Shown: one piece after another, positions 49,703 to 57,797 of the stretch
Numbering within the stretch: position 1 is the stretch's first letter
Layout of the letters: every line of letters starts with the position of its first letter
Source: an uncultured Flavobacteriales bacterium
Lineage (GTDB): Bacteria; Bacteroidota; Bacteroidia; Flavobacteriales_C; GCA-002722245
Assembly: GCA_963933885.1 (NCBI GenBank)
Contig: CAWVWF010000003.1
Coordinates: 1 to 60,898, forward strand
Direction: 5' to 3'
Length of the DNA: 60,898 nucleotides
The notes under the pieces: generated by a model
What the model was told of the DNA's origin: nothing
The model's database searches: none
Seen by the model: the letters and a program-made list of their open reading frames with translations, nothing else
Made by a program: the position numbers and the translations under genes

Positions 49703-52690
49703 ATGAAAAAGATATTCCTTTTTGCTTTAATCTCTTGTTACTCTATTTTGAGTGCGAATGTAATTTATGTTTCTCCGGGAGGTACAGGAGATGGGAGTTC
49801 TTGGCAGAACTCAACAGACCTTACTACTTTGCCATGGCTCACGCCTACCGATAGTGTTTGGGTTAAACAAGGTACTTATATACCTCATGCAACTGATCAG
49901 AGTAAAAAATTCTATTTTTTACAATCAAATTTCTATGGTGGTTTCTCAGGAGTTGAAACAATGCTCGATCAAAGAGATTATATAAATAATAAAACATATT
50001 TATCCGGAGACATTAACGCTCCTGGATTTCACGAGGATAATTCTGATTTGGTGCTATTTATGAGTGCTAATACTGTTCTCGATGGTTTTTATTTTGTAGG
50101 TGGTGGAGATGATCAATTTATTGAAATAACAGATGGAAATATAGGAACTATAAAAATTAATAATTGTGATTTTGATGGATCTAGTAATCCTGGGGAATAT
50201 GGTGTAAAAAACACTGGTATTGCTGGAGAATTAGAGCTTGAGAATTGTGTGTTTCATGATTTTAACTTTTCAACTCTTAATTTTGGAACTGCTTTGCATT
50301 CGAATACAATTACAAGAATTACAGCTTGTGAATTCGATAATATTACAAACGCTTCAGGAGTCATTCGTATTCATAAAAATCCGTTTTCGGCTTATAATAC
50401 TTTTATTATTAAAACTAAGATTACTAATTGTGCTATAGCTGCAGGGTATGGTTTAATTGCTCACTTGAATGATACTAGGCACACTATGATGCTTAGCGGT
50501 TGTGAAGTAACAGGGAATTCAGGAGCATCATCAATTTTTGGAGCGGCAAAAGATCAAAATTGGAGTAGTGGAAGTTTATTGATTTATAGTTCTTTAATTT
50601 CTGGAAATTCGTTTTTAAGAGGTTTAGTCGAAAAACATGGTGGATTCGGAAGTTTAAAGATTTCTAAATCTCAAATTATTAATAACATCTATGCTGCGGA
50701 TGTGGACAAGTATGATGCGAATATTGGAAGTTTTATTTATGTTAATCAAATACGTTCTCCTGAAAGCATAACGATCGAATCATCAACTTTTGAAAATAAC
50801 GAGAGATTCAATGGAAGTGTGTTTGCTTCTTTTATTCAATCAAACATAAGTGATAGTTTAATAATTGAAAATTCTACTTTCGAAAGTAATACTGGATCAA
50901 CTAGTTTTATAGAAGGAGACAAAGGAGGGCGTATTGAAAAAAGTAAATTTATTAATAATACAGCGAGGGATCAATTTCTAAAAATGTATTCAATTCATTG
51001 TAATAGAAGTCTTTTTGTGAAAAACACTATTGATAATGGAGGTTTTGGTGCTTTTTATTCTGAATTGAATTACAACTTTGATAAGTCAAGTTTTTATAAT
51101 TGCACATTTGCAGACAACATTTGTACTAAACCAGCATTTTATTTCTATGAAGGAAGATCAAACGCAACTGAATTCAGAAATTGCATTATAACTAATAATA
51201 GTGGTGGGAATATTGATGTAAGGGAACACTTCACTCCAACTTGGAGTATTGCTTATTCAATAACAGATAATTCAGTAATGTTTAAAGATACAAGTGCAAA
51301 TAATTATCAATTAAGTTTAACTTCTCCTGGGATAGACGCAGGTAATTCATACTGGGCAGGAAGTAATGACATTGAAGGTCATTCATGGAAAGATATCAGT
51401 ACTGTTGTAAATACAGGTGCAGGTACTCCTGATTACACAGATATAGGAGCGTTTGAATCGTTAGAGTGTTCAAATTCTGTAAGTACAGCGATTGATGTAG
51501 TTTGTGAAGGGGATACGTTAGTTTTTGGAACTCAAAAACTTTTCGCAGCAGGAGATTATACTGAGGTTTTCGAATCGTATCAAGGATGTGACAGCTCTGT
51601 TACAATAACATTATCATTGAATGATACATTTAACCTTACTTCTTCAGAGACAGTTTGTTTTGGTGAGTCATATGTGTTTGGATTTCAGACATTAAATTCT
51701 TCTGGAGAATACAAAGAGACTTTTCAAACAATTTCAGGATGTGATAGCACTGTTACATTAGACTTTATAGTAAAAGAAGAGAAAAAATCAATTTTAGATG
51801 AAACTATTTGTAGTGGTGAATCTTATGTTTTAGGAACTCAAACGATTAGTACTTCTGGTCAATTTATTGAAATTTTTCAAGTAGGTGATTGTGATAGTGC
51901 TGTTACTTTAAATTTGACTGTTGCGTCTAATTATAATGATCAAGTATCAGTAGATATTTGTACAGGTAGTAACTACGCCTTTGGTAGCCAAACAGTATCT
52001 TCTGCAGGATTCTATCAAGAAACTTTCTCAAGTATTTCAGGGTGTGATAGTATTGTTACATTAACGGTCTCAATGATTAGTCCTAAAACGGGATCAGAAA
52101 CTGCATCAATCTGTAATGGAGAGACTTATACTTTCGGAACTCAAACATTAACTTCAGCAGGACAATTTCATGAGACTTTTGAAGCAACTAACGGTTGCGA
52201 TAGTATTGTTACACTAGATTTGAGTGTAACTACTATTGATAAAACAATAAGTATTAGTAATGACGAAGTAGAACTTACTTCTAACGAAGTAGGAGCTTCT
52301 TATCAATGGATAAACTGTTTTATTGATATGGATGTTCAAGGGGAAACTAGTCAAATGTTTACAGCAAACTTAAATGGTAGTTATGCAGTAGAGGTAACAA
52401 AAGAAAGTTGTATTGATACTTCAGCATGTGAGACTATATTATCGGTAGGAATAGAATCACTTGCTTCAAATGGAGTTAGAATCTATCCAAACCCAAGTTT
52501 TGGACAAATTACTATAGAAGGTGAGTTTTCAAATGGAAAACTAATGAGCTTAAACGGAACTTTGATTTCTGCTTTCAAAAACAGTAATGGTTCAATTGAA
52601 ATTTCAAACCTTGCAAAAGGAATTTATTTTATAAAACTATATAAGAATAATAAATACTTAGGTACTCAAAAACTTGTTGTTAGTAAATAG
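49703..52690 (+). CDS. T9SS type A-secreted surface protein: beta-helix-like N-domain plus Cys-containing repeats (cargo)
   Basis: Track ORF 49640-52690, ATG at 49703. VIYVSPGGTGDGSSW, beta-helix-like Asn-rich repeats, YQLSLTSPGIDAG...DIGAFE, about 5 repeats of type ICxGExYxFGxQxLxxxGxYxExF..GCDSxVTLxL, and a type A CTD (IYPNPS...GIYFIKL...KLVVSK). Confidence 0.9.
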   Translation: MKKIFLFALISCYSILSANVIYVSPGGTGDGSSWQNSTDLTTLPWLTPTDSVWVKQGTYIPHATDQSKKFYFLQSNFYGGFSGVETMLDQRDYINNKTYLSGDINAPGFHEDNSDLVLFMSANTVLDGFYFVGGGDDQFIEITDGNIGTIKINNCDFDGSSNPGEYGVKNTGIAGELELENCVFHDFNFSTLNFGTALHSNTITRITACEFDNITNASGVIRIHKNPFSAYNTFIIKTKITNCAIAAGYGLIAHLNDTRHTMMLSGCEVTGNSGASSIFGAAKDQNWSSGSLLIYSSLISGNSFLRGLVEKHGGFGSLKISKSQIINNIYAADVDKYDANIGSFIYVNQIRSPESITIESSTFENNERFNGSVFASFIQSNISDSLIIENSTFESNTGSTSFIEGDKGGRIEKSKFINNTARDQFLKMYSIHCNRSLFVKNTIDNGGFGAFYSELNYNFDKSSFYNCTFADNICTKPAFYFYEGRSNATEFRNCIITNNSGGNIDVREHFTPTWSIAYSITDNSVMFKDTSANNYQLSLTSPGIDAGNSYWAGSNDIEGHSWKDISTVVNTGAGTPDYTDIGAFESLECSNSVSTAIDVVCEGDTLVFGTQKLFAAGDYTEVFESYQGCDSSVTITLSLNDTFNLTSSETVCFGESYVFGFQTLNSSGEYKETFQTISGCDSTVTLDFIVKEEKKSILDETICSGESYVLGTQTISTSGQFIEIFQVGDCDSAVTLNLTVASNYNDQVSVDICTGSNYAFGSQTVSSAGFYQETFSSISGCDSIVTLTVSMISPKTGSETASICNGETYTFGTQTLTSAGQFHETFEATNGCDSIVTLDLSVTTIDKTISISNDEVELTSNEVGASYQWINCFIDMDVQGETSQMFTANLNGSYAVEVTKESCIDTSACETILSVGIESLASNGVRIYPNPSFGQITIEGEFSNGKLMSLNGTLISAFKNSNGSIEISNLAKGIYFIKLYKNNKYLGTQKLVVSK

Positions 52691-52707
52691 ATAGGTTACT
52701 AGTTTTT

Positions 52708-52739
52708 AAAGCCCTAGGTTCATTTTAACCTAGGGCTTT
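52708..52739. terminator. Bidirectional terminator shared by the cargo gene and the virion-like operon
   Basis: AAAGCCCTAGGTT-catttt-AACCTAGGGCTTT, a perfect 13-bp stem. It contains the TAG stop of the 52730-53206 gene. Confidence 0.9.
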
Positions 52740-53206
52740 TTTATTTTCCATCCAATGTAAAAAGTTGTTATTCCAATTCCAATTCTTTCTAAATTTCTCC
52801 AGAGTTTCTTTCTTGATTTTCTTTTTGGCTTGATTTCTAGATTTCCTTCATGATCTAGTTTTAGATATTGGAATTCTGGTAATTGATGTTGTTTGATCAT
52901 TGGAATTCCTTCTGGTGTTATTATGTGAATTTTGGCGGTATTCTGATCTAATTCCATTGCTAGGAATAAAGTGTCATGAATTAGTTTTTCTCTGATTAGA
53001 GTATCCGTTTTGTGGATGTAGATTTTGTGTGGTTTGATAACCTCTTTGATCACGATTTCCTTGTATGGTTTGTTCACGTTGATCGTATCAGTTTTGATGA
53101 CTTCTACAAATTGATTTGATGTAGTTGCGCTTCTTAGGAAGGACCACCAGATTATTACCATCATAATAGCTCCCAAAGCAAAATATGTGATTCTTTTTTT
53201 CTGCAT
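52730..53206 (-). CDS. Hypothetical membrane protein, last gene of the element operon (possibly lysis-accessory)
   Basis: N-terminal TM helix, TDT repeats, basic and hydrophobic C-terminus. 1-nt TAATG overlap with the upstream gene. Function is inferred only from position. Confidence 0.6.
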   Translation of the reverse strand: MQKKRITYFALGAIMMVIIWWSFLRSATTSNQFVEVIKTDTINVNKPYKEIVIKEVIKPHKIYIHKTDTLIREKLIHDTLFLAMELDQNTAKIHIITPEGIPMIKQHQLPEFQYLKLDHEGNLEIKPKRKSRKKLWRNLERIGIGITTFYIGWKIKKP

Positions 53207-53739
53207 TATAATAAGCCGTCGTCGGCGAATGAGAAGTGAGATTCTTTGGTGATTATGATGTGATCTAGGACTTGAATGTCCATTGTTTTTCCTGATTCCT
53301 TTATTTTTCTGGTGATTGCGATATCTTGTTCGCTTGGTCTTAAACTCCCACTTGGGTGGTTGTGCGCGATGATGATTGAAGTAGCTAAACTTTCTAGCGC
53401 CATTGAGAAAAGCAAACGTAAATCAACTACTGTTGCACTTAATCCGCCTTTGCTTAGTAGTTGGTAGCCAAGTACTCGGTTGTCTCGATCTAGTAACAAG
53501 ACCAAGAACTCTTCGCGGACTTCCATTTGGGAACTCCAGAGTTCTCGAAGTAGTCCAACAACTTCTTGTGCTGAACCAATTTTAGGACGTTCTGAAGCCT
53601 TTAGTTTCTTGCTGTAAACTATTCTAACCTTTGGCGGGCGGTTGGTTAATTTCCCGAGCGAGATGCCTTTGCTTTTTGCGAATCGATAGATTGCGAAAAG
53701 GATGGTTAGGATTGATATGGTAATCACTGTTTTTTTCAT
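53206..53739 (-). CDS. JAB/MPN (RadC-like) domain protein with an N-terminal signal anchor
   Basis: EEFLVLLLDRDNRVLG, SKGG..ATVVD, IIIAHNHPSGSLRPSEQD and VLDHIII motifs. Confidence 0.9.
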   Translation of the reverse strand: MKKTVITISILTILFAIYRFAKSKGISLGKLTNRPPKVRIVYSKKLKASERPKIGSAQEVVGLLRELWSSQMEVREEFLVLLLDRDNRVLGYQLLSKGGLSATVVDLRLLFSMALESLATSIIIAHNHPSGSLRPSEQDIAITRKIKESGKTMDIQVLDHIIITKESHFSFADDGLL

Positions 53740-53740
53740 T

Positions 53741-54292
53741 TTAAACGATGTTCCAAGCTTCTTTAAAGTCGTTTGATGTAATGAACTGTTTTCCGTTTTC
53801 TACTTCGATAATGGCTTTTACAATAGCTTCGATTATTGAAGCTGTTGGTTGGATAATTTCATCTACATCTAAACCAGTTTGTTTAGCGAGTCTTTGGATG
53901 TATCCTGCTGTGTTGTTTTCGTGTGCAGGAGCAAATTCAGAGATCAATTTTGGAAGGGTGTTCTTTCCTTTTTTGATGTCGTTTAGCAAGTCTTTTATGA
54001 GCGCTCTTACGCCATATTTCATTTCGTAGAATTGCTCAAAATGACCATCTGAATTTCTATCCGATTCAACCTTTCCTTGCCACTTGATGTTGGTTTTTAT
54101 TAAGTTGCCAGGATTGTTGTTTCGTTGTCCTCTTGGAGCATTTCTGTTTACCTTAAACTTTCCGTTATTATCTAGTAAGTGAGCGTGTATTGAATTCATA
54201 ATTGTCTTTCGTTTTTTGAAAGCGATAACACCAATTAGAATTACTACAATTCCAATTACTGTATAGCCATATTTGTTAGGTGTAAACTTCAT
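53741..54292 (-). CDS. Virion-associated lytic enzyme candidate (PM2 P5-like lysozyme fold) with an N-terminal TM helix
   Basis: PRGQRNNNPGNL, FEQF...YGVRAL, ISEFAPAHENNTAGYI and IIEVENG motifs. Confidence 0.75.
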   Translation of the reverse strand: MKFTPNKYGYTVIGIVVILIGVIAFKKRKTIMNSIHAHLLDNNGKFKVNRNAPRGQRNNNPGNLIKTNIKWQGKVESDRNSDGHFEQFYEMKYGVRALIKDLLNDIKKGKNTLPKLISEFAPAHENNTAGYIQRLAKQTGLDVDEIIQPTASIIEAIVKAIIEVENGKQFITSNDFKEAWNIV

Positions 54293-54316
54293 GAGTACAA
54301 GTTTTGTAAATGCCTT

Positions 54317-54727
54317 CTAGGTTATGATGTTGTGCCAGTTCTGGAACTCATCAGAATCTAGTTCAGCCCTCATTCTGTCCGTTAATGTTTCGTTGAACTT
54401 TTGGTTGTAAGCCGATGCAACATCAGTGAAATGATCCTTTGTTTGAAAAGCAAGTTTTTCAATTGCATCCTCATCCGTTCCATCCATATCAATCATCCAA
54501 CTTGTTCCAGAAGGGTTAGAAGCTGAGCGATATTGTTGAGCCAATTGATTTACATTGGTCGTCTCGTTTTTATCAAACTGACTTTCATTGAAATTCTGAA
54601 TAACCTTTTTGATTCTTCCCTTCAAAAAGAAGAGGACAATCAAAACAATTATTCCAATAAGGATATACTTATTGGAGAGTATTTTCTTAGCACCTGAAGT
54701 AGCAACGGATATTAATTTAGGATTCAT
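54317..54727 (-). CDS. Membrane-anchored protein with one annexin-like repeat
   Basis: TM helix (YILIGIIVLIVLFFL), then LAQQYRSA...DGTDEDAIEKL...VASAYNQKFNETLTDRMRAELDSD. Confidence 0.6.
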   Translation of the reverse strand: MNPKLISVATSGAKKILSNKYILIGIIVLIVLFFLKGRIKKVIQNFNESQFDKNETTNVNQLAQQYRSASNPSGTSWMIDMDGTDEDAIEKLAFQTKDHFTDVASAYNQKFNETLTDRMRAELDSDEFQNWHNIIT

Positions 54728-54751
54728 GAGTTTTACTTTTTTATATTATTC

Positions 54752-55000
54752 TTAACCAAACTTTTGGAATGCCTTTCTTGCAATCCCAATGTAGTCCACC
54801 ATTCCAAGTTGTTTTCCTTCCTCTGGGGCAACTTCTTTTATAAAATCTACCACTTCGGGATGCTCTACGATTACATCAACCGCTTGGAGTAATTCTTCAT
54901 GCTCCATATGATCTTGTAAGTCTTGAAAAGCCTGTAGTTTTTCTTCCAATTGCTCTTGGTTCTCAGCTTCTATTTTCAGCGAAATGTTAAACGTTTTCAT
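54752..55000 (-). CDS. Hypothetical small acidic helical protein
   Basis: Track ORF 54752-55024. ATG at 55000 gives a 14-nt overlap like its neighbours. Confidence 0.6.
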   Translation of the reverse strand: MKTFNISLKIEAENQEQLEEKLQAFQDLQDHMEHEELLQAVDVIVEHPEVVDFIKEVAPEEGKQLGMVDYIGIARKAFQKFG

Positions 55001-55829
55001 CCTTGTCTGTATTTGTAGGTTCAACTTCAGTTATTGTAGTTTCAGGTTCAATCGAAAAATTCACTTTATTACGTGTTTTTGGCTCCTTTTCACCCTTTTT
55101 GTCCTCTTTTTCGATGTTTCCGATCGTTTTTGAGTCATGTTTAATGAATTCTTTAATTATTCCACCAAGTACACTCGGAACTTGTTTTAAGTAGCCTTTC
55201 AAATCCGATTGGATTTCATTCTGCTTATTCTCCATCAGTGCTTCTTGAGCTGCTAAAGCTTGTTCTCTTTCCAGAATTTTAGCCTCCCTATCCTTTAGCA
55301 TCATGTCTTTAAATGTGAGGGTTTGTTCGAAAAGTTTGTTTTGTAAATCAACCTTCATCTTTTCCTCTTTCAAAGCACTCTCTTGTCGCAAACCATTTAA
55401 CTGCATCTCCATTTCTTGTCGGAAATAATCCACATTAGCGGTTTCTATTTTAGGTTGTTCAGCAGTAGGAGTAGCCAAGTTTATATTTACATTCCCGTTC
55501 TTATCAACTGGGTGTGGAACTCCATTTAGTGTTACCGTATCAGGTTCATCTGTAATAGGATCAACCCATTCAATTTCTTCATTAATTCGAATGAAGAGGG
55601 GAGGATTCTGTCGAGATGATTGTTCGTTGGTTCCATACTTCACTTGAATTTCTGCATCCACATTATCAGCAATGATTCGGTTGAGTAAATCACCAAAACT
55701 TTGTCCTTCACCTTCGTCCTCAGAAGAAACAATGGTTATCCCATTTTCATCTTTGATACTCCAGTATTTATAGCGCGTAATTTTCTTCTTCGCTAAGTCG
55801 GATTGTATGTAGTTTTTAACCTTTTTCAT
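54987..55829 (-). CDS. Hypothetical coiled-coil protein
   Basis: 280 aa with a long heptad/E-K-rich central segment. Overlaps both neighbours by 14 nt. Confidence 0.65.
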   Translation of the reverse strand: MKKVKNYIQSDLAKKKITRYKYWSIKDENGITIVSSEDEGEGQSFGDLLNRIIADNVDAEIQVKYGTNEQSSRQNPPLFIRINEEIEWVDPITDEPDTVTLNGVPHPVDKNGNVNINLATPTAEQPKIETANVDYFRQEMEMQLNGLRQESALKEEKMKVDLQNKLFEQTLTFKDMMLKDREAKILEREQALAAQEALMENKQNEIQSDLKGYLKQVPSVLGGIIKEFIKHDSKTIGNIEKEDKKGEKEPKTRNKVNFSIEPETTITEVEPTNTDKDENV

Positions 55830-56205
55830 GTGGTGTAATATCCAATATTGTTAACCGTACTATTCTGATGTAAAATTTAGGAGATCCAGTATGTGTGATG
55901 TAGATATCTGATCGAAACCGTTTAACTAAACCATTTTCGTAATAATGACTACCAGCATCAACATGAATGAAAACAGGAGTATTATCAACCTTGAACCAAA
56001 AAACTTCCATTCCAGATTCAAATTTGGTATAGAAATTACCTGATTGTCTAGTGTGGAAATAAGCTAGATAAACTAGCTCGTTACCCTTTACTTCAATCCG
56101 CTTAGGAGATACCAAAATTTCATCTTCAATAGTATAATCCTCAATGTTCTTGATCCTTAGATCTTGTTGTATATACTGTTGTAATATGGTGTCGTTAGTC
56201 CTCAT
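55816..56205 (-). CDS. Hypothetical beta-rich protein (minor virion protein candidate)
   Basis: Track ORF 55816-56214. ATG at 56205 gives an 11-nt overlap. Alternating hydrophobic strands. Confidence 0.6.
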   Translation of the reverse strand: MRTNDTILQQYIQQDLRIKNIEDYTIEDEILVSPKRIEVKGNELVYLAYFHTRQSGNFYTKFESGMEVFWFKVDNTPVFIHVDAGSHYYENGLVKRFRSDIYITHTGSPKFYIRIVRLTILDITPHEKG

Positions 56206-56518
56206 CTTGTTCAACTATAAAATAAACGATCCCTCTATTTTCAAAATGGTGGAATGGTTTAATTAATCCATAAATTGGGGTCCCATCTAAAGGAATGTCT
56301 ACTTTCATTTTATACCTGTTTGCTGAATTAAACCCTAACGCCACTCGAACATCCTGAAATATAATTCCCTTCCCATTAGAGAGCGAAAGATCAATTTCGA
56401 AAGCAAACAAAATCTCTTTAATACGTTTCATTCCTTTTTCAGGAATCCAAGTGAACTTGGTGTCAACTTGCATTTCCATGATTTTGTTTGCTCGGATAAT
56501 TCGAGTTTTAGTTGCCAT
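56195..56518 (-). CDS. Hypothetical beta-rich protein (single jelly-roll-sized)
   Basis: 107 aa, strand-like pattern, 11-nt overlap with the upstream gene. Confidence 0.6.
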   Translation of the reverse strand: MATKTRIIRANKIMEMQVDTKFTWIPEKGMKRIKEILFAFEIDLSLSNGKGIIFQDVRVALGFNSANRYKMKVDIPLDGTPIYGLIKPFHHFENRGIVYFIVEQDED

Positions 56519-56876
56519 TTTTGGGTTTGTTTTCTAGTCTTAAAAAGATCTTAATCGTGTAAGGATATTGGGCAACGCCACCATCCTTAAACTCCATGTC
56601 AATTCGTTTTCCTTTGGCTTCAATACCTTCCAATCCAAAGAACCTTTCACTAGGATTTACAAAGTTGTTGGTTTGGATAAATAGGACATCAAAACCTCTT
56701 GGAAACAACTCCTTTCCATCAATGGAAGAGTGCGTGATCTCTGCTTTATATCCATACAAATCAACAACTGAAACCCCAGTTAAATAGCCGTAATCCTTAT
56801 CTAGATTATCAAACATTTTTACTGTTTGTCCTGCTTCCGTTACCACGCCTTGAAGTATTTGATATTTCTGAGCCAT
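56508..56876 (-). CDS. Hypothetical beta-rich protein (penton or minor capsid candidate)
   Basis: 122 aa, LTGVSV...IDGKELFP.GFDV...YTIKIFLRL strand pattern. Confidence 0.62.
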   Translation of the reverse strand: MAQKYQILQGVVTEAGQTVKMFDNLDKDYGYLTGVSVVDLYGYKAEITHSSIDGKELFPRGFDVLFIQTNNFVNPSERFFGLEGIEAKGKRIDMEFKDGGVAQYPYTIKIFLRLENKPKNGN

Positions 56877-56877
56877 T

Positions 56878-57153
56878 TTAGTTTCTTTTCATGCCGTAAA
56901 GAATTGCTGTGTGAACATTAACTCCTTTTTCGGTCGTTTTTAATTGAATTGCTATCTTCTTTGTGTCTTCACCCGACAACTCTAAAATTGTGTCCATCAC
57001 TCCATCTATGGATTTCATGTGTTCAATTTTTTCAATCAGCTGGGCTTTTGTTAATTCTGCCATTTTTAATCTGTATTTAGCTTTAATTGCTTTTTTAAAA
57101 ATTAGAGAGCGCACCTTACGTCGCCCTCTTTTTATAGGGTTTTTAGTAACCAT
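56878..57153 (-). CDS. Small protein with a very basic N-terminus
   Basis: The start overlaps the upstream stop by 11 nt (ATGGTTACTAA), as at other junctions in this operon. ATG at 57063 is an alternative start. Confidence 0.5.
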   Translation of the reverse strand: MVTKNPIKRGRRKVRSLIFKKAIKAKYRLKMAELTKAQLIEKIEHMKSIDGVMDTILELSGEDTKKIAIQLKTTEKGVNVHTAILYGMKRN

Positions 57154-57778
57154 AAATTGTAGTTCCTTCGAAGAACACTTTCAAGAATCCTTGAACTTGC
57201 CCAGGGAAAGTAATATTGAATTCAATAGGTGTTTGTGGGTCGATAATCTTAGGGTTATCCAAGACGTAAGTTCCATAAGGAACATCAGTTTTGTACCCAA
57301 AAAAAGCATCATGAAATTTACGCATAGGCATCTTTTCAAATACCTTTTTACCGTTAATTTCTAACTCCCATTCTCCATTTAAAAAATGCGCGTCACCGCT
57401 CGTTGTAAATCTTCCGTCTATAGCTTCTGAATCCCAAAGGACTTTAATAGCTGACAGCACCAAGAACCTATCTTTTCCAAGCTTACCATTATCAATATTG
57501 GTAATACCAATTTGTTCTGGTTGAGAAGGCTTGATGATTTCACATCTGCTTCCTTGAATCTCTCCAGTTGCATAATAAGGCGCATCAGAAATCTGAGCTC
57601 TACCATTCATTAATGCTTTTTGAATGTTGCGGGGAAACTTATGCACTCTTTCTAAAAAGTGTTTTCTATACTTAGATGCACCAACTTCACCTTTTACTGC
57701 ATTTCTTAAATTCCCTCGTCTTCCTTCAAGACTTCCTAAGCCTGCTAATACTATTTCTTCGTTTGTTAAATCGTCCAT
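57143..57778 (-). CDS. Putative major capsid protein (vertical jelly-roll-like)
   Basis: 211 aa: helical/basic N-terminal arm, then a beta-only region (FLVLSAIKV, GEWELEINGK, YVLDNPKIIDPQTPIEFNI, FLKVFFEG). Central position in the operon. The fold is inferred, not demonstrated. Confidence 0.55.
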   Translation of the reverse strand: MDDLTNEEIVLAGLGSLEGRRGNLRNAVKGEVGASKYRKHFLERVHKFPRNIQKALMNGRAQISDAPYYATGEIQGSRCEIIKPSQPEQIGITNIDNGKLGKDRFLVLSAIKVLWDSEAIDGRFTTSGDAHFLNGEWELEINGKKVFEKMPMRKFHDAFFGYKTDVPYGTYVLDNPKIIDPQTPIEFNITFPGQVQGFLKVFFEGTTIYGY

Positions 57779-57797
57779 TTTATTGATTGTTTTAGAC

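Noticed and set aside
53206-53739. Calling the JAB gene radC (DNA repair)
   Set aside because: It lacks the N-terminal HhH region of chromosomal RadC and sits in a mobile operon, so no gene symbol was given.
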